Origin: an uncultured Candidatus Rokubacteria bacterium
GTDB lineage: Bacteria; Methylomirabilota; Methylomirabilia; Rokubacteriales; DASRDR01
Direction: 5' to 3'
Assembly (NCBI GenBank): GCA_963805625.1
Contig: CAWDVE010000019.1
Span: forward strand, 288,001 to 352,000
DNA: 64,000 nt
Positions 29,687-39,524 of this stretch are shown here, in pieces (the first letter of the stretch is position 1; each line of letters starts with the position of its first letter). The translations under genes and the position numbers were made by a program. The notes under the pieces were generated by a model, which was not told where the DNA came from, made no database searches, and saw only the letters and a list, made by a program, of their open reading frames with translations.

Positions 29687-30142
29687 TCAGCGCGCGGGCC
29701 CATGGCCCACCTGGGCGTGGCAGATCACGCAGCGGACAGTCGCGGTCTCGGGCTCATGAGGGGCCGCGATCTCGCTCACGAGCTCTCCGTGGCACCGCAT
29801 GCAGTTCTCCTGGAGGATCATGCGGTTCTTGGGCTTGATCCGGATCGGCTCGTGGAAGTCCTGGAACGTGAAGCCCTTCGAGTGCCAGAAGCCGTTCTCG
29901 GCCTTCGCCAGGTACTTGGCGACGAGCGTCGTTGGCAGGTGGCACTCGACGCACGTGGCGACCGCATGATGGCTCGCCTTCTGCCAGGAGTCGTAGGGGT
30001 CGCGCATGATGTGACAGTTGACGCAGGCGCGCGGATCGGCGCTGAAGTACGAGAGTCCCTCGGCGTACCGGAACGTGTAGATGCCGAGCCCCAGGAGCGC
30101 ACCCAGGAGTGTCGCGACCAGGTACGGGGCAGGGGGTGTCAT
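29687..30142 (-). CDS. nrfH: Tetraheme membrane-anchored quinol dehydrogenase
   Basis: N-terminal TM; CVNCHIM, CVECH, CMRCH, CVICH; KAENG. Confidence 0.92.
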   Translation of the reverse strand: MTPPAPYLVATLLGALLGLGIYTFRYAEGLSYFSADPRACVNCHIMRDPYDSWQKASHHAVATCVECHLPTTLVAKYLAKAENGFWHSKGFTFQDFHEPIRIKPKNRMILQENCMRCHGELVSEIAAPHEPETATVRCVICHAQVGHGPAR

Positions 30143-30196
30143 GAGACCCTGTCGCCCTCATCGACGGTCGTCACGGTCGAGCGATCGGCCATTGGC

Positions 30197-32359
30197 TCAG
30201 CGGCCGCCAGGTGGACTGGCGACCGGGGCGCCGGCCGGGTCGGAGGGCGCGTGTCGAGCGAGCCTCGCCCGCGCGTCGACGGCGACGACGCCCGTGGGCG
30301 TCGCCACCAGCGGGTTCAGCTCCACCTCGACGAGCTCCGGGCAGTCCACGACGAGCTGCCCGAAGCGCGAGATGATCTCCGCCAGGGCTTCGAGGTCGAC
30401 CGCCGGCTCGCCGCGCACGCCGTGGAGGAGTGCGGCCATTTTCAACTCGCCCAGCATCCGGAGGGCCTCGGCGGGGGACACCGGCGCGAGGCGGGTCGCG
30501 GTGTCCCGCAGCACCTCGACGTAGATCCCGCCGAAGCCGACCATCACGAGCGGTCCGAACTGCGCGTCGTGGACGGCGCCCAGCAGGAGCTCCTTGCCCG
30601 AGGGCGCCATCGGCTGGACCAGGATTCCCTGGATCGTCGCATCGGGCCGACGGCTGCGGACGCGGGCCAGCATCGCGTTGGCCGCAGCTAGGACCTCGGT
30701 CGGCGAGGACAAGCCGAGCACGACACCTCCGACGTCCGTCTTGTGGCTGATCTGAGGGGACGCGATCTTGAGCGCCACCGGCTGGCCGAGATCCCTCGCG
30801 ATGGCGGCGGCGGCCTCGGAGCTCTCGGCGAGCCGGGGGGTCAGAACGGGAATGCCGTAGGCGGCCAGGATCGGCGATAGCTCGGCCAGGCCGAGCCGCT
30901 CCACGCCGGCGGCCGCGAGACGGGTCATCTCCGCCACGACAGATGCGGAGGGTGCAGCGGCCGGCTCCGTCCACGCGTCGATGCGGCGGCCCTCGGCGAC
31001 GAGGGCCATGCCCGCGAGGGCCGCGACTGCGGGCTCCGGAAAGGGATAGCAGGGAAGCGCCGCCTCCTCGAGGACGCGGACGCCCGGCGCTACCCGGGCG
31101 CCACCCACGAGCGCGGCCACCACGGGGCGCGACCAGCCCCGGGTGGCCCCGAGGACGGCCCGGGCGATCCCGACGGCGTCGGTGGCGGCCTGCGCGGTCA
31201 TAATGACCAGCGCGGCGTCGACGCCCGCATCGGGACCGAGGGCGTGAAGCGCGTTTCCGTAGCGGGCCGCGTCCGCGTCGCCCACGAGGTCGACGGGATT
31301 GCCCAGACTCGCCGTGGGCGGCAGCACAGCGCCGAGTCGCTGGCGGACCGTCTCGGGGAGCGATGCGACCTCGAGCCCGGCGGCGCGCGCGGCATCGGCC
31401 GCCACGACCCCGAGCCCGCCGCCGTTGGTGACGACGAGGAGGCGGCGCCCGCGCGGCAGCGGCTGGCTGGCAAGGCATCGGGCCAGGTCGAACAGCTCTT
31501 CGACGCTCTCGACCCGCACGGCGCCGGCCTGGCGAACGGCCGCGTCGAAGGCCGCGTCGGAGCCCGCGAGGGCGCCTGTGTGGGAGGAGACGGCGCGCGC
31601 CCCTTCGAGCGAGCGGCCTGCCTTGAGGAGCACCACGGGTTTCCGGGGGGTCGTGGCGCGGAGCGTTTCGAAGAAGCGCCGGCCGTCGGCCAGGCCCTCG
31701 AGGTAGGCCACGATGACGCGGGTCTCGGGGTCGTCTGCCACGGCCTCGAGGATGTCGGACTCGGTGAGGTCTGCCTGGTTGCCGAGGCTCGCGAAGAGCG
31801 AGAAACCCAGCCGGCGATCGCGCGCCCAGTCCAGGATGGCCGTCGCCAGGGCACCCGAGTGGGAGACGAATGCGATTCCGCCCGCCAGCGGCATGCCCGG
31901 TGCGAAGGTGGCGTTGAGCCGGCGCGAGGGTCGGATCCAGCCGAGGCAGTTGGGGCCGAGCACTCGGATGGACTGGGTGGCGAGCCAGGCCCGCAGCTCG
32001 GCCTCGCGTGCCCGGCCCGCCTCGCCGGCTTCGCGGAACCCCGCAGAGATCACCACCGCGCCGCGCACGCCCTTGGTGACACATTCCTTCAGGGCCGGCA
32101 GGACGGCGGGCGCCGGCACTGCGATCACTGCGAGGTCAACCGGGCCGTCGATCGCGAGGAGCGACGCGGTCGCGGGCAGCCCCTGGACGACGTCCCCCCG
32201 GGGATTCACGGGCCAGATCCGCCCCTCGAACCCCGCCGCCCGCAGGTTCGCGACGACGCTCCCGCCGACCTTCGTCGGGTCGCGCGAGGCTCCCACGATG
32301 GCGATGCTGCGCGGGTCGAAGAAGGCCGCGAGGTCCCCAGGAGCTGGGGCGCCACTCAT
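30197..32359 (-). CDS. ADP-forming acetate/acyl-CoA ligase, fused alpha-beta
   Basis: PRSIAIVGAS, GPNCLG, SHTGALAG (phospho-His), NPVDL, ATP-grasp HKTDVGGV, ELNPL. Confidence 0.88.
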   Translation of the reverse strand: MSGAPAPGDLAAFFDPRSIAIVGASRDPTKVGGSVVANLRAAGFEGRIWPVNPRGDVVQGLPATASLLAIDGPVDLAVIAVPAPAVLPALKECVTKGVRGAVVISAGFREAGEAGRAREAELRAWLATQSIRVLGPNCLGWIRPSRRLNATFAPGMPLAGGIAFVSHSGALATAILDWARDRRLGFSLFASLGNQADLTESDILEAVADDPETRVIVAYLEGLADGRRFFETLRATTPRKPVVLLKAGRSLEGARAVSSHTGALAGSDAAFDAAVRQAGAVRVESVEELFDLARCLASQPLPRGRRLLVVTNGGGLGVVAADAARAAGLEVASLPETVRQRLGAVLPPTASLGNPVDLVGDADAARYGNALHALGPDAGVDAALVIMTAQAATDAVGIARAVLGATRGWSRPVVAALVGGARVAPGVRVLEEAALPCYPFPEPAVAALAGMALVAEGRRIDAWTEPAAAPSASVVAEMTRLAAAGVERLGLAELSPILAAYGIPVLTPRLAESSEAAAAIARDLGQPVALKIASPQISHKTDVGGVVLGLSSPTEVLAAANAMLARVRSRRPDATIQGILVQPMAPSGKELLLGAVHDAQFGPLVMVGFGGIYVEVLRDTATRLAPVSPAEALRMLGELKMAALLHGVRGEPAVDLEALAEIISRFGQLVVDCPELVEVELNPLVATPTGVVAVDARARLARHAPSDPAGAPVASPPGGR

Positions 32360-32384
32360 TGGCGTCGCGGTACCGATCGGTCGC

Positions 32385-34046
32385 TCACCAAATCCGGAAG
32401 CCAGGCGCGTTGAGCGGGGTGGTGGCGATCAGGTGGGCGAGGGACGGGCCGTAGGCGATGAGGATCAGCACGGCCGCGAGCGCGAGCCACGGCCGCCAGC
32501 GGTCGAGAATGGCCGGCGCGTGGTCCGGCCCGGAGAGCGCCTCCGCGAAGCGCGGCATCTCGGGGGCCGGGCCGCGCGACCACACGAGTGTGCCCACGAT
32601 GTTGAGGAAGTAGAGAAGGGCACTCACGAACAGCCCAGTGCCTGCGATCCCTACCCACATGAGATCCCAGTGCCACTCGGGGCGGACGTACGGAGCGGCA
32701 CTCAGCATCGTGCGCCGCGGCGCACCCAGGAGGCCAAGGTTGTGCTGGGCGTGCGAGAAGACCGTCATCGCGACGAACCAGAGCCAGGCTTGGACGAGCG
32801 CCAGGCGACGGCTCCAGAGGGCGCGGCCCCGAAGGGCCGGAACCAGCCAGTAAGTGATGCCCATGAACGACAGGGTGACGGCGGTGCCCACCGTCAGGTG
32901 AAGATGGCCCGGGATCCAGGCCGTATTGTGGACGACCAGATTCAGGTTGTACGAGGCGTTGATGAGGCCACCCACCCCGCCGAAGACGAAGAGGAGCATC
33001 GCCAGAACCTGCGCGGCGACAGACGGGTCGCCCCAGGGCAGCTTCCCGAACCAGGCCACCCAGCCACGGCCCCCGCGTGTGCGAGCTCCGCTCTCGAGTG
33101 AAGCGACGACGTTGAAGAACGTGAGGAGGCTCGGGAAGAAGACCGCGAACGTGAGGAAGGCATGGACCAGCTTCCACAGGCGATGGATACCTGGATCGGC
33201 GTACTGGTGGTGGAACCCCAGCGGGGTGGAGAGGACCAGGAACAGGATGAACGACGTGCGGGCGAGCGGATCGCTGAAGAGCTTGCCGCCTGCCTGGCGG
33301 GGCACGAGGGTATACCAGGAGATGTAGGCCGGCAGCAGCCAGAAGTAGACGATCGGATGTCCCGTGAACCAGAAGAGCGCACGCGCCAGGAGCGGGTCCG
33401 TACCGCTGACGAGCCCCAGCGACCACGGGATGAGCATGAACAGCATCTCGCTGGCGATTCCCACCGACGCGATCGACCACATGGCAAACGTCACCATCCC
33501 CATGAAGGCCGCCAGGGGGGTGCGTTGCCCGGGATTCCGCGCACGCCAGGCGCGGAGCGTCAGCGCCAGGTTCAGGGTGACCAGCCACGTGCCGACGACG
33601 ACCAAGGTCAGGCCGACGTAGAAGGCCCAGTGTGCCTTGAGGGGCGGGTAGAAGGTGAACATTACGCTGGCGGCGTTGCCCACGAGCGGAATGGCCGCGA
33701 GCACGAGCCCACCCGTCATCAGCCAGAACGTGCGCCAGGCGAGCGGTCGGCTCCAGAGCGGGCGCTCGAGGGCCTTCGCGACCAGGAGCGGCACGAATCC
33801 GCAGATGAAGAACGTAGTGAAGACGAGCACGTTGAGGACGCCGTGCAGCGTGAGGCCATGGTAGTACGATCGGATCACCGGCGAGAGGGCCGGATAGAGA
33901 TTCACCCCCGCGTGCTCGAGGGCTTGGAGAAGGCCCACCGTCACTCCCCCGAAGAGCGCCACGAGGGCCACCGTCAGGTTGGCGCCAGCCGCCTGACGCT
34001 CAGCGGAGAGGTCGAGGACTGCCTCGGGCGACGCGGCGGGAGTCAT
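32385..34046 (-). CDS. cbaA: B-family (ba3-type) heme-copper oxygen reductase subunit I
   Basis: [25 protein letters not shown] (His-Tyr cross-link and K-path Tyr), GFHHQ, PSLLT, GHLH. Confidence 0.9.
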   Translation of the reverse strand: MTPAASPEAVLDLSAERQAAGANLTVALVALFGGVTVGLLQALEHAGVNLYPALSPVIRSYYHGLTLHGVLNVLVFTTFFICGFVPLLVAKALERPLWSRPLAWRTFWLMTGGLVLAAIPLVGNAASVMFTFYPPLKAHWAFYVGLTLVVVGTWLVTLNLALTLRAWRARNPGQRTPLAAFMGMVTFAMWSIASVGIASEMLFMLIPWSLGLVSGTDPLLARALFWFTGHPIVYFWLLPAYISWYTLVPRQAGGKLFSDPLARTSFILFLVLSTPLGFHHQYADPGIHRLWKLVHAFLTFAVFFPSLLTFFNVVASLESGARTRGGRGWVAWFGKLPWGDPSVAAQVLAMLLFVFGGVGGLINASYNLNLVVHNTAWIPGHLHLTVGTAVTLSFMGITYWLVPALRGRALWSRRLALVQAWLWFVAMTVFSHAQHNLGLLGAPRRTMLSAAPYVRPEWHWDLMWVGIAGTGLFVSALLYFLNIVGTLVWSRGPAPEMPRFAEALSGPDHAPAILDRWRPWLALAAVLILIAYGPSLAHLIATTPLNAPGFRIW

Positions 34047-34531
34047 GGCCGGGCCTCCACGATCACCTTGCCCCACATCGTGTGGTGCGCAATCCCGCAA
34101 TACTCGTGGCAGACGAACGGGTATTCTCCGGGACGGTCGAAGCGGGCCGTCACGCGCGCGATCTGGCCCGGGAGCAGCATCACGTTGACGTTGTGCCGGT
34201 CGACATGGAGACCGTGGACGACGTCCCGGCTCGTGGCGACGAACGTTACCGTCGAGCCCGCCGGCACGCGGACCTCGTTCGGCGTGAAGCTCCAGATGCC
34301 GGCAACCATCCGGACCTCGAAGCGATCGGGGCCGGTCTGGACCACGCCGGGTTGGTCGAACGGTGGCGTTTGCGCGACCTTCGTGACATCAATGCGCCCG
34401 GCGTCGCTTGGGAGGTGGATTCCGACGCCGAAGGCAGTGACAGCCAGCGCCACCAGCATCCCGACCGGGATGGCGATGCTGGGGAGGATCCATGCCAGCT
34501 CGTACAGGTAGACGGTCGTGCCCTGCTTCAT
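34043..34531 (-). CDS. cbaB: ba3-type oxidase subunit II (CuA)
   Basis: [22 protein letters not shown]; ATG 34531 with AGGAG RBS. Confidence 0.9.
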   Translation of the reverse strand: MKQGTTVYLYELAWILPSIAIPVGMLVALAVTAFGVGIHLPSDAGRIDVTKVAQTPPFDQPGVVQTGPDRFEVRMVAGIWSFTPNEVRVPAGSTVTFVATSRDVVHGLHVDRHNVNVMLLPGQIARVTARFDRPGEYPFVCHEYCGIAHHTMWGKVIVEARP

Positions 34532-34539
34532 CTCGCTCC

Positions 34540-34647
34540 TCACCGGGTCCAGAGCTTGAGGTAGAGGTTGGTCCACATGAAGGCGAGCAGGGCGAGGTAG
34601 ACGAGCATGAAGAGCAACGCCCCCTTCGGATGGTCGTTCTCGTTCAC
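34540..34647 (-). CDS. cbaD: ba3-type oxidase subunit IIa (35 aa), not a separate entry in the ORF track
   Basis: GTG start after AAGGAGG; MNENDHPKGALLFMLVYLALLAFMWTNLYLKLWTR with the PKGAL motif of subunit IIa. Confidence 0.8.
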   Translation of the reverse strand: MNENDHPKGALLFMLVYLALLAFMWTNLYLKLWTR

Positions 34648-34684
34648 GTGCTCCCTCCTTTCGGGTTGGGTGCCTGCGGTAGAG

Positions 34685-34700
34685 AGCATCCAGAATGCCA
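34685..34700 (-). promoter_or_regulatory. sigma54 -24/-12 promoter for cba-acd-nrf
   Basis: minus strand TGGCATTCTGGATGCT; degenerate activator site AGGGGCGGCGCCGTCCCC at 34800-34817. Confidence 0.75.
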
Positions 34701-35018
34701 TAGGAAGCGCCCCGGGTTGGTCCCGGGCTGGAATGAAGGGGAAGCCGGGATATGACAAGCGATGCGAGGCTGTCGGTCGGCGGGGATGCCGCTTCGGAGA
34801 GGGGCGGCGCCGTCCCCTGCGCCCGGTCGCTCCAAGGGATTCGGCTTCGACAAGCTGGTGCTGGTCCTCGCGATCGGACGCGGGGACTTCCGGCGGACCG
34901 CGGGCCTCGGACTCGGCGTCCTGACCGCTGCGAGTCTCGCGGCGCTCCTGGGCCTCCGTCCGGGATCCTGATTCCTGCAAAGTTGGGATGCGTTCTCGAA
35001 CGCGCGCCCGTGGCCCAG

Positions 35019-35921
35019 TCACCGCGACGCTTCGCCGGGCGGGGCGCCCGGCGTCGATCGCGCCCGGAGGTAGACGAACCAGTAAACCAGACCGACCAGG
35101 ACCGCGCCGCCGATGACGTTGCCGATCGTCACGGGCAGGAGGTTTCGGCTCAGGAAGGCGTTCCACGAGAGGGCCTGACTCGAGGGGGCCTGCGCGCCGA
35201 CCGTGGCGGCGAAGAGCGGGTCCAGGCGGGTGATCAGCAGGCCCAGCGGAACGAAGTACATATTAGCGACGGAGTGCTCGAAGCCCGCCGCCACGAAGGC
35301 GCTGATCGGCGGCACGATGGCCAGGATGCGGTCGGCCGTCGTTCGGGCGGAGAGCGTCAGCCAGACGGCCAGGCAGACCAGCGTATTGCAGAGCACGCCG
35401 AGCGCCACGGCCTGCGTGAAGCCGAGCTCGACCTTGGCGTGTGCGATGGCGAGGGCGGTGACCCCGAAAGCGCCGCCTCCGGCGCGATGCACGCCGCCGA
35501 GATAGACCAGCGCGGCCGTGGCAACCGCCCCCGCCAAATTTCCGGCGAAGACGATCAGCCAGTTGCGCAGGAGCGCCCGGGTGGATACTCCCCCGCTGGC
35601 CCATGCCATGACGATCAGATTGTTTCCGGTGAAAAGCTCGGCCCCGCCCACCACGACGAGGATAAGGCCGACGCTGAATGCCACGCCGGCGAGAACCCGG
35701 ACGGCACCCCAGGGAGCCGAGCCAGCTCCGGCCAGCGCGGTGGTGGCGAAGACCCCGCCGAGCGCGATGAACGCCCCGGCGAGGACCGCAAGCACGAAGG
35801 TGGTGACGGCGTCCATGCCGCACTTCCGCACACCCACTTCCTCGGCCCGGCGCGCCATCTCGGACGGCAGGAGCGCGTCGATCTGCGAGACGCCGCCCGA
35901 CGTCTCATCTGGCGGCCTCAT
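35019..35921 (-). CDS. Formate/nitrite transporter (FNT family)
   Basis: AGAFIALG, GAELFTGN, GNLAG, LCNTLVCLAVW, GFEHSVANM, GNVIGG. Confidence 0.92.
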   Translation of the reverse strand: MRPPDETSGGVSQIDALLPSEMARRAEEVGVRKCGMDAVTTFVLAVLAGAFIALGGVFATTALAGAGSAPWGAVRVLAGVAFSVGLILVVVGGAELFTGNNLIVMAWASGGVSTRALLRNWLIVFAGNLAGAVATAALVYLGGVHRAGGGAFGVTALAIAHAKVELGFTQAVALGVLCNTLVCLAVWLTLSARTTADRILAIVPPISAFVAAGFEHSVANMYFVPLGLLITRLDPLFAATVGAQAPSSQALSWNAFLSRNLLPVTIGNVIGGAVLVGLVYWFVYLRARSTPGAPPGEASR

Positions 35922-35932
35922 GATCGCCGGTC

Positions 35933-36358
35933 TCAGGCCTTGAGGAGGGCCATGATGTCCCGCCGCGTAACGACTCCGACCACCACCTTTCCGCCCGCCG
36001 CGTCGTTCACGACTGGAATGGTGCGGATGCGGTAGTCCACCATCAGGGCCATCGCCCTAATCGCCGGCTCGACCGGATACAGTGTGATCACGCTCGAGCT
36101 CATGATGGCGCCGACCGAGGAGGCCCAGGCGTTCTCCAGGGCAGGGACGAACTGAGGATAGGGCAGGAGGTGGAGCTTGAAGAGGTCCAGTTGCGTCACG
36201 ATTCCCTGGAGAGTCCTGAGGTCGTTCACGACGGGCAAGCCGTTGTACTCGTACTCGGCGAAGAGCCTTGTCAGCTCATCGATCGATGTCTCCGGCTTTA
36301 CGGTGAGAGCCGGCGTGGACATAAGGTCGCCGACGGGGACCCCGATGATTCTGCGCAT
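35933..36358 (-). CDS. CBS-domain protein
   Basis: VGDLMS, NGLPVV, GIVTQLD, GVVTRRDI. Confidence 0.85.
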   Translation of the reverse strand: MRRIIGVPVGDLMSTPALTVKPETSIDELTRLFAEYEYNGLPVVNDLRTLQGIVTQLDLFKLHLLPYPQFVPALENAWASSVGAIMSSSVITLYPVEPAIRAMALMVDYRIRTIPVVNDAAGGKVVVGVVTRRDIMALLKA

Positions 36359-36421
36359 GGATGTTCCCTCCGGGCGGCGGCCGCGTCCCGACCTGCCTCC
36401 GCCGGCGCCGACGCGCCTCGG

Positions 36422-36877
36422 TCACGGGTAGGAGATCACGATGTCCAGTTCGGGGCTCTCGGACACTTCGGCCCCCGCGATGTGACGCAGAACGTCGATC
36501 TCGGTGAGCATCCCAACGACGCGGTGGCCCTGGATCACGGGCAGGCAGCCCACCTTCTCCTGCCGCATCCGCTCGGCGGCTTCCGCCACCTCGGCCGAGG
36601 CCGTGACGCTGCGCACGGGCGCCGACATGACATCGCGGATCGGCGCGTCTCGCAGGAGCGTGCTGACAGGTACCTGGCCGATCTGTCGATAGACGGTGGC
36701 ACCGAACAGGTAGTGGCGGAGATCGCGGTCGGTGACGAGGCCGACGAGCGTGCCCCCCGAGTCGAGCACGGGCAAGTGACGGACCTTCCGCTGACACATC
36801 CGATTGACGGCCTCGAGGCACGTCGCGGCGTCCTCGATTGTGACCACATTCCGGCTCATCAGATCACTGACTCGCAT
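36422..36877 (-). CDS. CBS-domain protein
   Basis: MRVSDLMS, VRHLPV, GLVTDRD, KVGCLPV, GMLTEID. Confidence 0.88.
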   Translation of the reverse strand: MRVSDLMSRNVVTIEDAATCLEAVNRMCQRKVRHLPVLDSGGTLVGLVTDRDLRHYLFGATVYRQIGQVPVSTLLRDAPIRDVMSAPVRSVTASAEVAEAAERMRQEKVGCLPVIQGHRVVGMLTEIDVLRHIAGAEVSESPELDIVISYP

Positions 36878-36979
36878 TGCCTGGCCTCCGGGGTGTCAGT
36901 CAATCACTGGCGGATGGCATGCGCCCGTTGGACGAGGAGCCGGACGCACCCGCAGAATTGGTGCGGCGCTCGCGACACG

Positions 36980-37453
36980 CTACTCTCGCTCCTCGGTCGG
37001 AGGAATGGCGTGCATGGCTGGCGTCCGGATCAAGAGTACGGGCACCGGGGAGGCGCGAAGGACGGATTCAGCGATGGACCCGAACAGAGCGCGGCTGAGA
37101 CCGGACCGGCCATGGGTTGTCATGGCAACGAGGTCGACGGCACTCGTCTGGATGACGCTCAGGATCGCCTCGGCCGGCGGACCCAGAGCGATCCGCGTCC
37201 GAACACGAAGCCCCTTCTTGGACAGCCGTCGCTCCACGTCGTGGAGGTAGCGTTTCGCCTCCATCTCGCGGACCGCAAATGTGTCCGGTGCGACAACGCC
37301 GGCTAGCGCAATCGCCTCGGCGGCGGAGACCGCCTCGACGACACGCACAAGGACAACCTCCGCCTCCAGCGGGCCCGCCACCTGCTCGACGAAAGGCAGG
37401 ATGGCCTCGGCCAGCTCGGAACCATCGAGGGGAATCAGCACGCGCTTGTACAT
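36980..37453 (-). CDS. Universal stress protein
   Basis: MYKRVLIPLDGS, MTTHGRSG, GSIAESVL. Confidence 0.92.
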   Translation of the reverse strand: MYKRVLIPLDGSELAEAILPFVEQVAGPLEAEVVLVRVVEAVSAAEAIALAGVVAPDTFAVREMEAKRYLHDVERRLSKKGLRVRTRIALGPPAEAILSVIQTSAVDLVAMTTHGRSGLSRALFGSIAESVLRASPVPVLLIRTPAMHAIPPTEERE

Positions 37454-37484
37454 AGCACCTCCCAATCGCGGCGGCGTCTACTCT

Positions 37485-37519
37485 CGCAACCGACCTGCCT
37501 ACGTGCAACCCGGATGCCC
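37485..37519 (-). promoter_or_regulatory. Two tandem sigma54-like -24/-12 boxes
   Basis: minus strand GGGCATCCGGGTTGCA (37504-37519) and AGGCAGGTCGGTTGCG (37485-37500). Confidence 0.65.
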
Positions 37520-37597
37520 TTCCGTCGATGTGGCAGGAACAGGCCGAGTTCTGGGGCTCAGCCGGGCCGCCAATCCCCTCCGGCGGACGGCCGGTGG

Positions 37598-37635
37598 TGG
37601 GGCGACGACGCCCCGGTTCGGGCGACGGCGCCCCA
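37598..37635. promoter_or_regulatory. Tandem upstream activator sites
   Basis: TGGGGCGACGACGCCCCG 37598-37615 and TCGGGCGACGGCGCCCCA 37618-37635. Confidence 0.8.
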
Positions 37636-37639
37636 CGGC

Positions 37640-37930
37640 GAGCCCGACGATCGCAAGGCCCCCGGCCACGGCCAGGCTCCACCATCCCGTGTGGAAGAGC
37701 AGCCACCCACACATGAGAAACGCCAGCGAGGGCAGAATCAGGTCCAACAGCCGTCGAGCGAGGCGAGATGGGCATCTCCATCAGCTCGGCCATTCGCGGT
37801 CCGAACCGCGGAACGGCCCAGAGGATGCGGATGGGGCCGAGGACGAAGCCTGCCACGAACACGATCGCGAAATAGAGCGTGCTCGCCTTCAGGGTGTGCA
37901 CGGCCGGGTGCGACTCAGATCTGCTCATCC
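37640..37930 (-). pseudogene. Fragment(s) of small membrane protein genes
   Basis: LKASTLYFAIVFVAGFVLGPIRILWAVPRFG..AELMEMP then a frame change into another hydrophobic stretch; bounds approximate. Confidence 0.4.
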
Positions 37931-38025
37931 GGCTCGCTGGACTGGGGCAAGCCGCGTGCTGGCTGGACTCGAGGATCCGTCGCAGCAGAGCGCCGGAAGG
38001 TCCGCGGCCTGGAGCGAAACCCGCG

Positions 38026-38229
38026 CTATCGCTTCTTGAACTTCGGCTTCGCGGCTGGCCAGCGCGCACGCGTGTCCTGGGCCGGCTGGAGCAACATGGT
38101 GTCCTTTCGCACCGCGGCCGTCGCCGTCTTCTGTCGACGGCGCACCCGCGGGGCGATCGGGCTCGGCTCGGGCGGCCGGCCGGACTTCTTCGACCGGGTG
38201 GGTTTGATCGGGCTTCCCCGGCGCGGCAT
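38026..38229 (-). CDS. Small highly basic protein (67 aa)
   Basis: AGGAG RBS, ATG, Lys/Arg/Pro-rich; follows the USP pseudogene closely. Confidence 0.55.
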   Translation of the reverse strand: MPRRGSPIKPTRSKKSGRPPEPSPIAPRVRRRQKTATAAVRKDTMLLQPAQDTRARWPAAKPKFKKR

Positions 38230-38247
38230 GGTCAGTTCTCCTGTGGT

Positions 38248-38692
38248 CTAGTGACCCCGGACCGTCAGAACCGGGCAGGGGGCGAAGCGGACGACGCGCT
38301 CGGCGACGCTGCCGAGGAGAACCTTCGACACGCCCATGCGCCGTGAGTTCCGATCACGATCAAGTCCGCGCGCATTCGCCGGCGTCGCGCGGGACCTGCT
38401 CGTGTGGTAGGCCGTCGAGCCGGATGCCCGTCGTCCGGGCGCCGGCCTTCTTCGCGCGCGCGGTGAGCGCCGCCAGCTGCTTCTTTGCGTGATCGTGGGC
38501 GCCCCGGTCGCTCGCCTCGTACGTCGAGGGCGACACGAAGCCCTCGCCGAAGGGGACGACCAGCGGCGACACCGCATGAGCGATCGACAGCCTTGCGCGA
38601 TCTTGCCTGGCGAGCGCGATGGCCCGGGCCGGCGCCGGACGTGAGGCTTGGGAGAAATCCGTCGCGAGCAGGATCTGTCGGAAGACTCTCAT
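38248..38692 (-). pseudogene. Frameshifted universal stress protein
   Basis: FRQILLATDFS N-half stops at 38360; LLGSVAERVVRFAPCPVLTVR C-terminus lies in another frame. Confidence 0.8.
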
Positions 38693-39165
38693 GACGTCTC
38701 CCGGGCGTTGGGCTGGCTGCTCGGGGGCTGAACGGGAGCGCCCTCCGCCCTGAGCAACAAAATGGGGGTGGTGGTGCCGCGCAGGACCGACTCCGCCACG
38801 CTCCCGAGGAGGAGTCGCCCCAGACCGCTCCGCCCGTGGGTGGTCATCACGATCTCGTCAGCCTTACGGACCCGGGCCGCCTCCACGATCGCATAAGCGG
38901 CGGGACCGTACCAAACCGCTGTCTCGACCTTGACGTGACCCTGCCGGGCCAGGCGCTTCTGGATCTCGGCGAGGTAAGCTTCCGCCTCGCTCACTACTCT
39001 CACCTGGGCCTCGGTGGGATCGACCCCGGGTAGTGTCTGGGCCTGGGCCGCCCGGAGCAGGAGGATGTGGGCACCGGACACCTCCGCCAGCTCCACAGCC
39101 TTCGGCAGGGCCGCCTCGGCCAGGGCCGAGCCGTCGAGGGGAACGAGGATGGTGCCGAACTTCAT
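38689..39165 (-). CDS. Universal stress protein
   Basis: MKFGTILVPLDGS, MTTHGRSG, GSVAESVL. Confidence 0.92.
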   Translation of the reverse strand: MKFGTILVPLDGSALAEAALPKAVELAEVSGAHILLLRAAQAQTLPGVDPTEAQVRVVSEAEAYLAEIQKRLARQGHVKVETAVWYGPAAYAIVEAARVRKADEIVMTTHGRSGLGRLLLGSVAESVLRGTTTPILLLRAEGAPVQPPSSQPNARETS

Positions 39166-39179
39166 GCTGGACTGCGCTC

Positions 39180-39524
39180 TCAGGGGAGCGAGGCCAGGAA
39201 GGCCGCGAGGGCGCTCGCCTCGGCCTCGCTCAGCTCGAGATTCGGCATGTGGCGAGTCGGCTCCTGGGCGGCAGGGTCGCGCAACCACCGCGCCAGGGTC
39301 GCTTCCGGATACCGGGCGGCCGCGCGCCGGAGGTCCGAGGCGATGGGTGTCCCCGCGGCCCCGATCGTGTGACAGCCATAGCAGCCCTTGTCGGCGAAGA
39401 GCCGCCGTCCCTCGGTGACGAGCGCCTCCCGGCTCTGGGCATCGAGCCGGTCGCCGACGAGACCGAGACCCGACGCCAGCAGCCAGATCAGAGCGATGCC
39501 TGCGATTCCCGGTCGCGCCATCAA
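39180..39524 (-). CDS. Monoheme class I cytochrome c
   Basis: signal peptide, CYGCH, distal HMP Met. Confidence 0.85.
   Translation of the reverse strand: MMARPGIAGIALIWLLASGLGLVGDRLDAQSREALVTEGRRLFADKGCYGCHTIGAAGTPIASDLRRAAARYPEATLARWLRDPAAQEPTRHMPNLELSEAEASALAAFLASLP

Noticed and set aside
18831-30142. Nitrite dismutation by coupling NXR oxidation to NrfA reduction
   Set aside because: The nitrate/nitrite couple is more positive than nitrite/ammonium under standard conditions, so direct coupling is uphill. Nothing in the sequence supports it.
32385-34046. Heme-copper enzyme as a nitric oxide reductase (sNOR/bNOR/eNOR), given the nitrogen context
   Set aside because: It keeps the cross-linking Tyr in GHPIVY, the K-pathway Tyr/Ser/Thr residues, the subunit II Glu and subunit IIa, all typical of B-family O2 reductases.
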